Origin: Candidatus Krumholzibacteriota bacterium
Lineage (GTDB): Bacteria; Krumholzibacteriota; Krumholzibacteriia; JAJRXK01
Direction: 5' to 3'
Assembly (NCBI GenBank): GCA_963764625.1
Contig: CAVXTH010000009.1
Coordinates: forward strand, 928,001 to 992,000
DNA: 64,000 nucleotides
Shown: in pieces, positions 39,157-49,490 of the stretch
Layout of the letters: each line of letters opens with the position of its first letter
Position numbering within the stretch: the first letter of the stretch is position 1
Made by a program: the position numbers and the translations under genes
The notes under the pieces: model-generated
The model's database searches: none
The model's input: the letters and a program-made list of their open reading frames with translations, nothing else
Told to the model about the DNA's origin: nothing

Positions 39157-39830
39157 ATGCGCGTCATGGAAGCCAGAGAGAAACTACCGATCGCCGTCCT
39201 GTTGAGCGGCACCGGTCGAACCCTGGCGAACCTGCTCGACAAGATCCAAACGGAAGCCTTGCCGGTGCGGATCGTGGCGGTGGCCAGCGACCGAAAAGAC
39301 GTTCGTGGCTTGAAGTGGCGGCGGCCGCCGGCGTCCCCGCGAGGGTCTTTCGCAAAGCGGAATACGTGGGGCGCCGCGAACGCGATGCGGAGCTGTTCAA
39401 GTGGGTGCGTGAGCAGGGAGCGCACGTGCTCTGCCTCGCGGGCTATCTCTCCCTCCTCGACCTCTCGGCCAGCCATGGCCTCCCCGTTTTGAACATTCAC
39501 CCTGCGCTCCTTCCTCGCTTTGGAGGTGCCGGTTTCTACGGTGACCGCGTCCACGCCGCGGTGTTGGCGGCAAAAGAGAAGGAGAGCGGAGCGACGGTGC
39601 ATCTGGTCGACGAGAACTACGACGAGGGCCAAATTCTGGCCCGCATCAAGGTTCCGGTACTGCCTGGGGACGATCTCGCCGCGCTGCGTGCCCGTGTGTT
39701 CGAGGCCGAATGTAGGCTCTACCCCGGGGTCCTGCGCTGGGTCGCCGAGGGGAGCTTGAAACTGCGGGCGAACCGGGTCTCGGGAAAATCTGGACCTTGG
39801 GAACCACTCACTCTGCGCCATGGGGAATGA
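39157..39830 (+). CDS. purN: Phosphoribosylglycinamide formyltransferase; frameshift at ~39312
   Basis: IAVLLSGTGRTL in ORF 39157; CLAGY, LNIHPALLPRFGG, SGATVHLVDENYDEG in ORF 39315. Confidence 0.93.
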
Positions 39831-39896
39831 TCGAGAAGCGATCGGGTGGGGGTGGGGCGGGCACAAAAAAATCCGCCGGAGGACGAAAATGGAGGA

Positions 39897-40073
39897 CTCC
39901 AGAACTACACTCACCACACGATCTCTGGGGGGGACGACTTTGTGGTGAGCCCGAATTCGTTCTGACCTTCTCCACTCCGCCCTCCGGCGAAATCGAGTTC
40001 GTAGCACCACAAAGCAACCCGGATGCCACCTGGAAATCGGGAGCGGCTTCGGGGACGACGGGGTACTCTGGGG
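39897..40073 (+). ncRNA. Candidate structured RNA (~177-nt irregular rod with an alternative fold); identity unknown
   Basis: Nested helices 39897-39903/40067-40073, 39919-39932/40026-40039, 39938-39947/40005-40014 (perfect 10 bp), 39952-39959/39994-40001; G-U pairs favour the + strand. Confidence 0.35.
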
Positions 40074-40145
40074 AATCATGGGGAAGCACTGCGGAGCGCC
40101 TCGGGGGTGAACCACGGAGCGACCAGGATGCAGGGGGTAGAGCCG

Positions 40146-40883
40146 ATGTTCACTTTGCACGGTCGAAAGGCGCTCATCACCGGAGGGGGAAGTGGGATCG
40201 GCGCGGCCACCGCCCGCCAGCTCAGCCGGGCCGGCGCCTCCGTCTTTCTCGTGGGCCGTACCGAGAGTAAACTGCTCGCGGTGCAAACCGAGATCGAGAA
40301 CGAAGGACGCAGCGCGGCCATTCTATCGGCCGATCTGTACGAACCCGACGCGCCCGCCTCGATCGTACGAGAGGCGGCGGCGAGCCTGGGTGGACTCGAT
40401 CTCCTCGTGAACAACGCGGCCGTCTATCGTCCCGGCCCCGTGGCCGAGCTCGAGCTCTCTCAGTGGCAGGCGCATTTCGATTTGAACGTGCGCGCCCCGT
40501 TTCTGCTGTGCCAGGCAGCCCATCCCTGGCTTGCCGCGGCGAACGACGCCGTGGTCGTGAACGTGCTCACCAATCTCGCGCATCGCCCGGTGCCGGGGGT
40601 CGCCGCCTACAGCGCGTCCAAGGCGGCTCTGCTCTCCTTGGGACAGACTCTGGCGCTGGAATGGGCGAAGGATGGCATTCGCGTGGTCAGCGTGAGCCCG
40701 GGAGTGGTGCAGACTCCCATCCACCGGGGAGCCGACATCAGCTCCGCCGCGAAGATGCATCCGCTCGGCCGCATTGGCACCGCGGAGGAAGTGGCGGCCG
40801 CGATTCTCTTTCTCGCCACGAGCGAATCTGGCTGGACCACCGGAAGCGATCTGTGCGTCGACGGGGGATTGCATCTGGCATGA
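40146..40883 (+). CDS. Classical SDR-family oxidoreductase (possible pterin reductase by context)
   Basis: TGGGSGIG, LVNNAA, YSASK, VSPG, HPLGRIG, TGSDLCVDGG; alternative start at 40128. Confidence 0.9.
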   Translation: MFTLHGRKALITGGGSGIGAATARQLSRAGASVFLVGRTESKLLAVQTEIENEGRSAAILSADLYEPDAPASIVREAAASLGGLDLLVNNAAVYRPGPVAELELSQWQAHFDLNVRAPFLLCQAAHPWLAAANDAVVVNVLTNLAHRPVPGVAAYSASKAALLSLGQTLALEWAKDGIRVVSVSPGVVQTPIHRGADISSAAKMHPLGRIGTAEEVAAAILFLATSESGWTTGSDLCVDGGLHLA

Positions 40884-41018
40884 GCGAGAGTTCCCGGCGC
40901 GCGTTCCTGCGGGTCGTGGCGGGGGCGGGCCGAGAATCATATCCTGTGAAAACTTTTGCGAATCGTCGTCAGGAAAACCCTAGTCGATCTCGGCTCCGCT
41001 CTTTGAGGAGGCTTTCTG

Positions 41019-41459
41019 TTGACTACAACGTCCCGCTTGCGAATCCTCCGGACCGTTCGCTTCTGCGCTGGGCACCGCTATCACAATCCCACTCTGAGCG
41101 AACAAGAGAATCGCGAAGTGTTCGGAGCCTGTAACAACCCCCACGGACACGGACACAACTACCGACTCGAAGTTGGCGTGGAGGGCCCGGTGGACGCGGT
41201 GACGGGGATGGTCATCAATTTGGCCGATCTGGATCGGCTTCTGCGCGAGCTCGTGGTCGAGCCCATGGATCACTCGTTTCTCAACTACGATCTGAAGTAC
41301 TTTGCCGAGGTCATTCCGAGCTGCGAGAACATCGTGTCCTATCTCTGGTCCGTCCTGGAGGAGCCCATCGAGAAACTGGGCTCCTGCCGGCTCTCGTTGA
41401 TCCGGCTATGGGAGAGCGAGGACCTCTTTGCGGAATTGGAGAAGGAGCTGGCGGGATGA
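41019..41459 (+). CDS. 6-pyruvoyl-tetrahydropterin synthase family protein (PTPS-II motif)
   Basis: FCAGHRY...CNNPHGHGHNY (C-x5-HGH), TGMV, DHSFLN, ENI; GAGGAGG SD, TTG start. Confidence 0.9.
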   Translation: MTTTSRLRILRTVRFCAGHRYHNPTLSEQENREVFGACNNPHGHGHNYRLEVGVEGPVDAVTGMVINLADLDRLLRELVVEPMDHSFLNYDLKYFAEVIPSCENIVSYLWSVLEEPIEKLGSCRLSLIRLWESEDLFAELEKELAG

Positions 41460-41846
41460 GGGTCGGAAGGGTCTACCGCTTCGAGGCCTCGCATCGTCTC
41501 CACTCGTCTTCCTTGGGCGAGCCGGAAAACGTGGAGGTCTACGGAAAATGCTCGAACGAAGGCGGTCACGGTCACAACTACGAACTCATCGTGGTCTTCG
41601 AAGGACAGCCAGATCCGACGAGCGGAATGCTCTTTGAATCGTCAGAAGGTCGATCGTCGCATCGAGGAGTGCCTGATCTCCAAGGTCGATCACCGCAACC
41701 TCGATACCGTCATCGACGAAGTGACGACGGGGGAGAATCTCGCGCTGATCTTCAGGCGTTGGCTCCTGGAGGAGTTCACCGATGGACCTCGAGTTTCGTC
41801 CGTCGAAGTCGTCGAGACCCCACGAAACCACTTCGTGGCGAGCTGA
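41456..41846 (+). CDS. Second 6-pyruvoyl-tetrahydropterin synthase paralog; frameshift at ~41635
   Basis: FEASHRL...CSNEGGHGHNY; continues DHRNLD...TTGENLA...ETPRN in ORF 41634..41846. Confidence 0.85.
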
Positions 41847-41928
41847 GTCCACCGCGAGCTCCGCGCAATCCGCAAAAGGGAGGTGAGCCGGAGATCGGGG
41901 TCATGCATCAGAGCTTGGAGGAATCGAA

Positions 41929-42474
41929 ATGGAAGGGCTGATCGAGAAGATGCTCGTCGAACTCGGCGAGGATCCGAGCCGCGAGGGCTTGAGGAGAACT
42001 CCTCAACGAGTTGCGGAGGCGTGGAAATTCATGTGCTCCGGCTACCAGGGCGACGTGGAGGCGGCGATGAACGATGCCATCTTCAAGTCGGAAAACCGGG
42101 AAATGGTGCTGGTGAGGGACATCGATTTCTACAGCATGTGTGAGCACCACATGCTGCCGTTTTTCGGCAAGGCCGCCATCGCGTACATCCCAGACGGCAA
42201 GATCATCGGTCTGAGCAAAATGGCGCGCATCGTCGAGATCTTCGCTCGACGGCTCCAGGTTCAGGAGCGCCTGACGACGCAGATCGCGAACGCTCTCAAC
42301 GACTACCTGCACCCTCAAGGCGTTGCGGTGGTGATCCGGGCCCAGCACCTGTGCATGATGATGCGCGGGGTGGAAAAACAGAATTCGATGGCGATCACCA
42401 GCGAAATGCTCGGGGCCTTCCGCAACCGGGCCGCGACCCGGGCCGAGGTGTTGAGCTTGCTTCACAGCTTCTGA
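41929..42474 (+). CDS. folE: GTP cyclohydrolase I
   Basis: [44 protein letters not shown]. Confidence 0.97.
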   Translation: MEGLIEKMLVELGEDPSREGLRRTPQRVAEAWKFMCSGYQGDVEAAMNDAIFKSENREMVLVRDIDFYSMCEHHMLPFFGKAAIAYIPDGKIIGLSKMARIVEIFARRLQVQERLTTQIANALNDYLHPQGVAVVIRAQHLCMMMRGVEKQNSMAITSEMLGAFRNRAATRAEVLSLLHSF

Positions 42475-42522
42475 GAGTGAGGTCCAAGGGCGCGAGGCTG
42501 GTTTGCCCTCGAGCGCCCGGAA

Positions 42523-43455
42523 TCACTCGATTCCCTGCTCGCCCAGCCAGCGTTCCGCGCGGATGGCGGCCTGGCAGCCGCTTCCCGCCGCCGTGACCGC
42601 CTGGCGGTAGTAGTGGTCCTGGACATCGCCGGCAGCGAAGACTCCCTCCACGTTTGTGAGAACCTCGTCGTGGGTCTTGATGTACCCGTGCTCGTCGAGC
42701 TCGAGCTGTCCCTCGAAGATCTTCGTGTTGGGCACGTGCCCGATGGCGAGGAAGAAGCCCCCGCATTCGATGGTGGATTCCTCGCCGGTCTGGGTGTCCT
42801 CCACGCGCACCCCCTCGACTCTCTCGTCGCCCAGGACCCCGGTGACCACCTTGTTCCACGCCACTTCGATCTTCTTGTTGGCGAGCGCGCGATCTTGCAT
42901 GACTTTCGAGGCGCGGAGGTGGTCCCGCCGGTGGACGATGATCACCTTGCTCGCGAACTTCGTGAGGAAGAGAGCCTCCTCCATCGCGGTATCTCCACCA
43001 CCCACGATGGTGACGACCTTGTCCTTGAAGAAGAAACCATCGCAGGTGGCACACGCACTGACTCCGTGACCTCGAAGTCTCGTTTCGTTCTTCAGTCCCA
43101 ACCAGCGTGCGGAACTCCCGGTGGAGACGACGAGCGAATGCGCCACATGTTCGCTACCGTCGTCCACGGTGATCCTGAATGGTCGCTTGGAGAGGTCGAC
43201 CGAGGTCACGCTCTTGAACTCACACTCCGCTCCGAAGCGCTGGGCTTGGCTGCGGAACAGGTCCATGAGCGCGGGGCCCTGAATCCCCTCGGGGAAGCCG
43301 GGGAAGTTCTCCACCTCGGTGGTGATCGTGAGCTGTCCCCCCGGCTGTTCGCCTTCAAAGACCTGTGGATTCAAGTTCGCGCGGGAGAGATAGAGGGCGG
43401 CCGTGAGACCGGCCGGCCCCGACCCGATGACGATGCTCTTGCGAATCTCGCTCAT
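42523..43455 (-). CDS. trxB: Thioredoxin-disulfide reductase
   Basis: [47 protein letters not shown]. Confidence 0.97.
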   Translation of the reverse strand: MSEIRKSIVIGSGPAGLTAALYLSRANLNPQVFEGEQPGGQLTITTEVENFPGFPEGIQGPALMDLFRSQAQRFGAECEFKSVTSVDLSKRPFRITVDDGSEHVAHSLVVSTGSSARWLGLKNETRLRGHGVSACATCDGFFFKDKVVTIVGGGDTAMEEALFLTKFASKVIIVHRRDHLRASKVMQDRALANKKIEVAWNKVVTGVLGDERVEGVRVEDTQTGEESTIECGGFFLAIGHVPNTKIFEGQLELDEHGYIKTHDEVLTNVEGVFAAGDVQDHYYRQAVTAAGSGCQAAIRAERWLGEQGIE

Positions 43456-43592
43456 GGATTCCCTTTCTGCGTTCGAGGGCCAAGCGGCCCAAACGAGGAG
43501 GAATCGGGCCCGAGAAAGAGGCGCCAGACCCCTCGACCGAACAAGTACTAAGCCCGGGGGAGGGCTTTGGCAAGCCGCCCGGAGCAGCGCCC

Positions 43593-43621
43593 TTGACGAG
43601 CAGGGGCGCCATTGATACCTT
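43593..43621 (+). promoter_or_regulatory. Putative sigma-70 promoter of rplU-rpmA
   Basis: TTGACG-17 nt-TACCTT with an upstream TG (extended -10). Confidence 0.55.
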
Positions 43622-43726
43622 TCGGGGTCTGTGCAGAGCACCGCTTCGGGGGTTCCGCCGGGGTCTTGCATGAAAAGCGGTTGGAACGCGCGAAAAGAGC
43701 GCAATCGAAACAAGTAGGGTGTGATC

Positions 43727-44041
43727 ATGTCTCAGTCCGCCGTAGTCCGGATCGCGGATGTCCAGTTCCGAGTGAGTGAAAACGACATCATCCGGGTGCC
43801 CCTGATGGAAGCCGAAGTGGGGGCGAAGCTGGAGTTCGACCAGGTCCTGTTGATCGGCGGTGAGGAGGTCCAGGTGGGCCTACCCTTGGTCGAGGGCGCG
43901 AAGGTCATGGCGGAAGTCGTCGGCCAGGGCAAGGAAGAGAAAGTCCTCGTCTTCAAGAAGAAGCGGCGCAAGAACTACCAGAGAATGCAGGGCCACCGTC
44001 AGCTCTACACCGCCCTCAAGATCACCGGCATCCAAGGCTAA
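43727..44041 (+). CDS. rplU: 50S ribosomal protein L21
   Basis: [31 protein letters not shown]. Confidence 0.96.
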   Translation: MSQSAVVRIADVQFRVSENDIIRVPLMEAEVGAKLEFDQVLLIGGEEVQVGLPLVEGAKVMAEVVGQGKEEKVLVFKKKRRKNYQRMQGHRQLYTALKITGIQG

Positions 44042-44053
44042 GGAGAGAACACA

Positions 44054-44311
44054 ATGGCTCACAAGAAGGGTGTCGGCTCCAGCCGCAACGGACGCGACAG
44101 CAACGCGCAGCATCGCGGGGTGAAAGCCTACGGCGGCCAGCAGGTCAGCGCGGGCAGCATCCTCGTTCGCCAACTGGGCACCAAGATCCACGCTGGAACC
44201 AACGTGGGTACGGGCAAGGACTATACCCTCTACGCCAAGGTCGATGGCCAAGTGCAGTACGAGGAGTGGGGCAAGGGCCGCAAGCGGGTCAACATTCTCA
44301 CGGTCAACTGA
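44054..44311 (+). CDS. rpmA: 50S ribosomal protein L27
   Basis: [37 protein letters not shown]. Confidence 0.98.
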   Translation: MAHKKGVGSSRNGRDSNAQHRGVKAYGGQQVSAGSILVRQLGTKIHAGTNVGTGKDYTLYAKVDGQVQYEEWGKGRKRVNILTVN

Positions 44312-44337
44312 GGCCGCAATGCCCAATGATTCTCCGA

Positions 44338-44374
44338 GCGCCCACCTCCCAGCCGGGGGGTGGGCGTCTCTGTT
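44338..44374 (+). terminator. Stem-loop after rpmA (terminator or processing site)
   Basis: 13-bp stem GCGCCCACCTCCC/GGGGGGTGGGCGT, loop AGCC, weak U-tract CTCTGTT. Confidence 0.5.
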
Positions 44375-44437
44375 GACAAAGCGATCACGCGCGGGTCTAA
44401 GTAGGATGAAGAGCAGCCCCGAACTCGAGGATCCCAA

Positions 44438-45283
44438 ATGACGCAACCCGTGACCCGAATCGCGAAGGATCAAGTCGTGGCGGTGATCCCGGCTCGCTAC
44501 CAGAGTTCGCGCTTCCCGGGCAAGCCGCTGGCGCTCTTGGCGGGGAGGCCCCTCGTGTCGCACGTCGTCGCAATGGCCCTGAAAGCAAAGCGCGTGGGCC
44601 AAGTCATCGTGGCGTCCGACCATGTGGAGATCGCTCGGGCCGCGCGGGAGGCGGGCGCTCTGGCGGTGCTCACCCGAGAAGATCACGCGAGCGGAAGCGA
44701 TCGCATCGGCGAGGTGATTCAGGCGCGCGAGGAGACGGTGGTTCTGAACATCCAGGGAGACGAACCCCTGATCCCACCGTCAGCCATCGATCGACTCGTG
44801 GAGCTTCTCGAGGAGAATCCCGAAGCGGCCGTGAGTAGCTTGGCTTCCCCTCTGGCGCGCTTCAGCGAGGACTATTTCGATCCCAACGTGGTGAAAGTCG
44901 TCCGAGACGCGCGCGGCTTTGCTCTCTATTTCTCGCGAGCCCCCATTCCCGGTCACCGGGCGGACCAAGCGGCGGGCCCCTCGCCCTCGGGCGAGGACGC
45001 ACTCCGGCACGTGGGTCTCTACGGATTTCGTCGGCAGGCTCTTCTGGATTTCCTCGGCCGCGCGCCCGGCCGGCTGGAGAAAGCCGAGAACCTGGAGCAG
45101 CTCCGCTTTCTGGAAAACGGCGAGAGGATCATCGTGGGCGTGATCGAAGCGATCCCGCCGGGCGTCGATACCCCGCGCGATCTCGAGCGGATTCAGGGGC
45201 GATTCACGGCGAACGAAGGGCACGGCGGGGATCCTTCGGCCGGTTCTTCCCCGCCAGGCAAAGATGGGGTAGGGTCGGGCTGA
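44438..45283 (+). CDS. kdsB: 3-deoxy-manno-octulosonate cytidylyltransferase
   Basis: IPARYQSSRFPGKPL, SGSDRI, NIQGDEP, LYFSRAPIP, LEQLRFLENG. Confidence 0.96.
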   Translation: MTQPVTRIAKDQVVAVIPARYQSSRFPGKPLALLAGRPLVSHVVAMALKAKRVGQVIVASDHVEIARAAREAGALAVLTREDHASGSDRIGEVIQAREETVVLNIQGDEPLIPPSAIDRLVELLEENPEAAVSSLASPLARFSEDYFDPNVVKVVRDARGFALYFSRAPIPGHRADQAAGPSPSGEDALRHVGLYGFRRQALLDFLGRAPGRLEKAENLEQLRFLENGERIIVGVIEAIPPGVDTPRDLERIQGRFTANEGHGGDPSAGSSPPGKDGVGSG

Positions 45284-45307
45284 GTTCGCAACCTCAAGGA
45301 GGATACG

Positions 45308-46988
45308 GTGGACGGTAGACACACCCGCTACATTTTCGTGACCGGAGGAGTCGTCTCGAGTCTGGGCAAGGGAATCGCCACCGCTTCCTTGGGTAAGCTC
45401 CTGAAAGCGCGTGGGCTCAACGTGGTGCTGCAGAAATTCGATCCCTATCTCAATCTGGATCCGGGCACGATGAGCCCGTTTCAACACGGCGAAGTGTACG
45501 TCACCGACGATGGCGCCGAGACCGACCTTGATCTCGGCCACTACGAGCGCTTCATCGACCGCAGTCTGAGACGCATTCACAACGTTACCAGCGGTCAGAT
45601 CTACGACGCCATTCTCAACCGCGAACGCAAGGGCGAATACCTGGGCCGCACGGTGCAGGTCGTTCCCCACGTCACCGACGAAGTCAAACACCGCATCAAG
45701 CTCACTGCGCTTCCCCAGAGCAAGGATGATCGACCGGTCGACGTGGTGATCACCGAGATCGGCGGTACCATCGGCGACATCGAAGGCCAACCTTTTTTGG
45801 AGGCTCTTCGCCAGCTCAGGTTGGAATTGGGGGAGCGCCGCTGCCTCTTTCCTTCACCTCACCCTGGTTCCTCACATCGCCACGGCCGGGGAGTTCAAGA
45901 CCAAGCCGACGCAGCATTCAGTGCGTGAGCTGAGGGGAATCGGGATCCAACCGGACTTCCTCATCTGCCGGGCGGAACGCGCCCTCCCCGAGGCGGAGAA
46001 GAAGAAGATCGCACTCTTCTGCAACGTGGCCGAGAGCCACGTCATCGACGCACCCGATGCGGAATCCATCTACCAGATTCCGCTCTCCTTCGAGGCCCAG
46101 GGAATGGCGGATCGAATCTGCGAGCGCCTGGGGTTCCCACAGACCGTCCCCGACCTGACCGCCTGGCGTCAGATGGTCGAGAAGGTCCTCCACCCGAAAG
46201 GCACGGTGCGTATCGCGGTGGTGGGCAAGTACACCGGTTTGAAGGACTCGTACAAGAGTATCATCGAGGCGTTCATTCACGCCGGAGTGCCCCACTCCGT
46301 TCGCGTCGAGCTGGAATGGGTGCCGGCGGAGGACGTGGCCGATGACGGCGCCGCAGTGCATTTGGGCAAAGTGGACGGGCTGCTCATCCCGGGAGGATTC
46401 GGCGAGCGAGGGACCGAGGGAAAGATCGCCGCGGTGCGCTTCGCGCGCGAGAACGAATTGCCCTATCTGGGCATCTGTCTGGGACTGCAGATCGCAATCG
46501 TCGAATTCGCGCGCTCGGTCCTGGGTCTCAGCAAAGCCAACTCCACCGAATTCGATCCCGATTCTTGTGATCCGGTCATCGCCTTGCTCAGCGAGCAAGA
46601 GGGGGTGGAAGATCTCGGCGGAACCATGCGCTTGGGCTCGTACCCCTGCCAGCTCAAGGAGGGGACGATCGCGCATCAGCTCTACTCGGACCTCGCGATC
46701 CACGAACGGCATCGGCACCGCTACGAGGTGAACAACAACTACCGCTCCCGCCTTCAGGCCAAGGGCATGGTGTTCAGTGGGCTCTCGCCCGATGGATCCC
46801 TGGTGGAGATCATCGAACTGGCAAGTCATCCTTTCTTCGTGGGAGTGCAGTTCCATCCCGAACTGAAGAGCCGTCCGGAGCGGCCGCATCCGCTATTCCT
46901 GGGGCTGGTGGCCGCCGCACTGAAGCACGCCAAGGAGAACGACCGCCCAGCGGATTCCGCGCAATCCATGCACCGGGAAGAGGCCTGA
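45308..46988 (+). CDS. pyrG: CTP synthase; frameshift at ~45850
   Basis: [31 protein letters not shown] in the shifted frame, GICLGLQ, HRHRYE, QFHPE. Confidence 0.96.
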
Positions 46989-46989
46989 G

Positions 46990-47832
46990 GTGGTAGCCGC
47001 GCGCAGCTTCAAGATCTCGAGAGTCGCGGTGGGGGCGGAGGCTCCACTCCTTCTCATTGCCGGCCCCTGCGTGCTGGAGAACCCCGACGAAATGCTCGAG
47101 ACCGCATCGTATCTGGCGCGGCTCGCGGAGCGTCTGGGCTTGGGCTACGTGTTCAAGTCGAGCTATCTGAAGGATAATCGTACCCGCGGCGAGAGTCCTC
47201 GTGGACCTGGATCGCAAGAGGGCCTGCAGCTTTTGTCCCGCATCCGGTCGGAAGTGGGATGCCCCGTCCTCACCGACGTCCATGCCACGGAGGAGATCGA
47301 AGAAGCGGTCGAGGCCGGCATCGACGTTTTGCAAATACCCGCGTTCCTGTGCCGGCAGAGTCGGCTCCTGGAAGCGGCGGGGCGCAGCGGACGGGCGGTC
47401 AACGTGAAGAAGGGACAATTTCTCGCCCCGGAAGATCTCGAACATCTGAGCGCCAAGATCACCTCCGCGGGAGGTGAGCGGATCCTATTGACCGAACGCG
47501 GCACCAGTTTTGGCTATCACGATCTCGTGGTGGATTTCCGTGGCTTCGCGTTCGCCCACGCGCTGGGTTGGCCCTGGGTGTTCGATCTCACGCACTCGCT
47601 GCAACGTCCCAGCGCGCAGGGATCCACCAGTGGCGGCACTCCCGCCCTCGCGCCCATGATGGCGCGCGCCGCGGTGGCGGCCGGGATCGACGGCCTCTTC
47701 CTGGAGGCGCACCCCGAGCCGGCCCGAGCGCTCTCGGACGCCTCGACCCAGCTTCCCCTGGAAAGCCTGCAGGACTGGCTGCCGCTGGCGGTGGATCTGC
47801 ACCAGCGGGTGCGGGAGGCGCGCGCGCGATGA
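46990..47832 (+). CDS. kdsA: KDO-8-phosphate synthase
   Basis: IAGPCVLE, FKSSY-KDNRT, QIPAFLCRQ, NVKKGQF, ERGTSFGY, FDLTHSLQ. Confidence 0.96.
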   Translation: MVAARSFKISRVAVGAEAPLLLIAGPCVLENPDEMLETASYLARLAERLGLGYVFKSSYLKDNRTRGESPRGPGSQEGLQLLSRIRSEVGCPVLTDVHATEEIEEAVEAGIDVLQIPAFLCRQSRLLEAAGRSGRAVNVKKGQFLAPEDLEHLSAKITSAGGERILLTERGTSFGYHDLVVDFRGFAFAHALGWPWVFDLTHSLQRPSAQGSTSGGTPALAPMMARAAVAAGIDGLFLEAHPEPARALSDASTQLPLESLQDWLPLAVDLHQRVREARAR

Positions 47833-48410
47833 ACACTCCGGCGCAGCAGAGCCTCTGGGAGAGGGCCAAGCTGATCGAGGCCCTCATTCTGGACGTCGAC
47901 GGAGTCCTAACCGACGGGCAGCTCTATTACGGGGAGGCGGGAGAATCGCTGCGCGCGTTCAGCGTGCGTGACGGCCTCGGCCTGGCCTTGCTCACCGAGG
48001 CGGGATATCGTGTCGGCATCATCAGCGGACGCGAGAGCGCTACGGTGCGCTCGCGAGCGCGAGAACTCGCGATCGACCCGGTGCTCCTGGGCCAGAACGA
48101 CAAGGCTGCCGCACTCGAGGAGGTGCTTCGCGCCTGGAATCTGCCCGCGAGCAAGGTCGCGGCCATGGGGGATGACATCCTGGATGCTCCCCTGCTCTCC
48201 CGCGTAGGCGTGAGCCTGTCTCCTCGCGACGCGCAGGAGGAAATTCTCGCCCGGGTCGATCTCGTCACGCGCGCGGCCGGAGGGAAGGGAGCGGTGCGCG
48301 AGGCGTGCGAGTGGCTCTTGAGAGCCAGTGGCCGCTGGGATCCAATCCTAAGACGTCTCTCCCTCCATGAGGACCAATCGTGGAAAACGCCACCAACCAC
48401 CACCGTCTGA
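47829..48410 (+). CDS. kdsC: KDO-8-phosphate phosphatase (HAD family)
   Basis: LDVDGVLTDG, FSVRDG, ISGR, MGDDILD, GGKGAVRE. Confidence 0.95.
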   Translation: MNTPAQQSLWERAKLIEALILDVDGVLTDGQLYYGEAGESLRAFSVRDGLGLALLTEAGYRVGIISGRESATVRSRARELAIDPVLLGQNDKAAALEEVLRAWNLPASKVAAMGDDILDAPLLSRVGVSLSPRDAQEEILARVDLVTRAAGGKGAVREACEWLLRASGRWDPILRRLSLHEDQSWKTPPTTTV

Positions 48411-49438
48411 CCCCGGCGCGGGCGGACCTGCACAAGGCGGCGCAGACCCCCGACGAGGAAGTGCTCGCCATGGGACACGCCGTGTTCGACGAAGAGGCGC
48501 GCGCGCTCCAGGCAACGGGTTCGCGCCTTTCGTCCAGCTTCGCGGCCGCAGTGCGGCGCATCCTGGAATGCCAGGGTCGGGTGTTGGTCACGGGATTGGG
48601 CAAGAGCGGGTTGGTGGGTCGTAAACTGGCCGCCACCTTCACCAGCACGGGAACCCCCGCGCTCTTCGTCCATCCAGTGGAGGCGCTGCACGGCGATCTG
48701 GGGATCGCGAGCGAGAACGACCTGGTACTGGCCGTCTCCCGCAGCGGCCACAATCCCGAGCTCCTGACCATGGTGTACTCCCTCAGGGCGCTGGGACTGA
48801 GCTCGATTGCCATGACCGGAGTGCCCGATTCCCCCTTGGGGAAGGCGGTGGAGATCGTCCTGGACACCGCGGTGGAGCGCGAAGTCTGTCCCCTGAACCT
48901 GACCCCCACCACCAGCTCGACTGCGGCCATGGTCATGGGGGATGCCCTCACGGTGGCCCTCTTGCGCTTGCGGGCCTTCAAGCGGGAGGACTTCGCGGTC
49001 TTCCATCCCAGCGGAAGTCTAGGCCGTACCCTGAGTCTGACGGTGGGAGAGCTCATGCACACCGATGAGGAACTCCCGGTGGTGCGGCAGGACCAGCCCC
49101 TGCGTGACGCACTGCTCGTCATCGCCAGCAAGCGGTTGGGGTGCAGCTGTGTCATCGACGAGGAGGGGAAGCTGAGCGGCTTCCTCACCAACGGAGATCT
49201 CCAGCGGGTGCTCCTCAACCACACCAGCCCCACCGACGATCCGCTGGGGCAACCGGTGGCGAAATTCATGAGCACGAATCCGCGCACCGTCGAGGCCGCC
49301 TGCCTGGCCCGGGCGGCCCTGAAGAAGATGGAACAGAATCCCAGTGGGCCGATCACGCAGCTGGTGGTGATCGAGGGGGAGCGCCCGGTGGGGCTGCTTC
49401 ACCTCCACGATATTCTGCAACAGGGACTCTCTGGATAG
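48380..49438 (+). CDS. kdsD: Arabinose-5-phosphate isomerase (KpsF/GutQ family, SIS plus CBS)
   Basis: GLGKSG, STGTPA, EALHGDLG, PTTSST, FHPSGSLG, CBS pair. Confidence 0.95.
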   Translation: MENATNHHRLTPARADLHKAAQTPDEEVLAMGHAVFDEEARALQATGSRLSSSFAAAVRRILECQGRVLVTGLGKSGLVGRKLAATFTSTGTPALFVHPVEALHGDLGIASENDLVLAVSRSGHNPELLTMVYSLRALGLSSIAMTGVPDSPLGKAVEIVLDTAVEREVCPLNLTPTTSSTAAMVMGDALTVALLRLRAFKREDFAVFHPSGSLGRTLSLTVGELMHTDEELPVVRQDQPLRDALLVIASKRLGCSCVIDEEGKLSGFLTNGDLQRVLLNHTSPTDDPLGQPVAKFMSTNPRTVEAACLARAALKKMEQNPSGPITQLVVIEGERPVGLLHLHDILQQGLSG

Positions 49439-49440
49439 TC

Positions 49441-49456
49441 TGGCACCATCCTTGCT
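49441..49456 (+). promoter_or_regulatory. Consensus sigma-54 site adjoining a sigma-70 -35 element
   Basis: TGGCACCATCCTTGCT matches TGGCAC-N5-TTGCW; its last T is the first base of TTGACA (49456-49461). Confidence 0.75.
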
Positions 49457-49490
49457 TGACACGCGCCCTCCCTCGACGTATCCAATCACT

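Noticed and set aside
39797-40270. 157-aa ORF spanning the purN-SDR gap
   Set aside because: Overlaps both neighbours out of frame, low-complexity composition, no SD or motifs
41019-41846. queD (queuosine pathway) assignment
   Set aside because: Both copies have C-x5-HGH rather than C-x3-HGH, and no queC, queE or queF is nearby
27360-45860. Programmed frameshifting or phase variation in glyA, tatC, purN and pyrG
   Set aside because: Runs are only 3-4 nt, there are no slippery heptamers or stimulatory structures, and the pattern fits sequencing error
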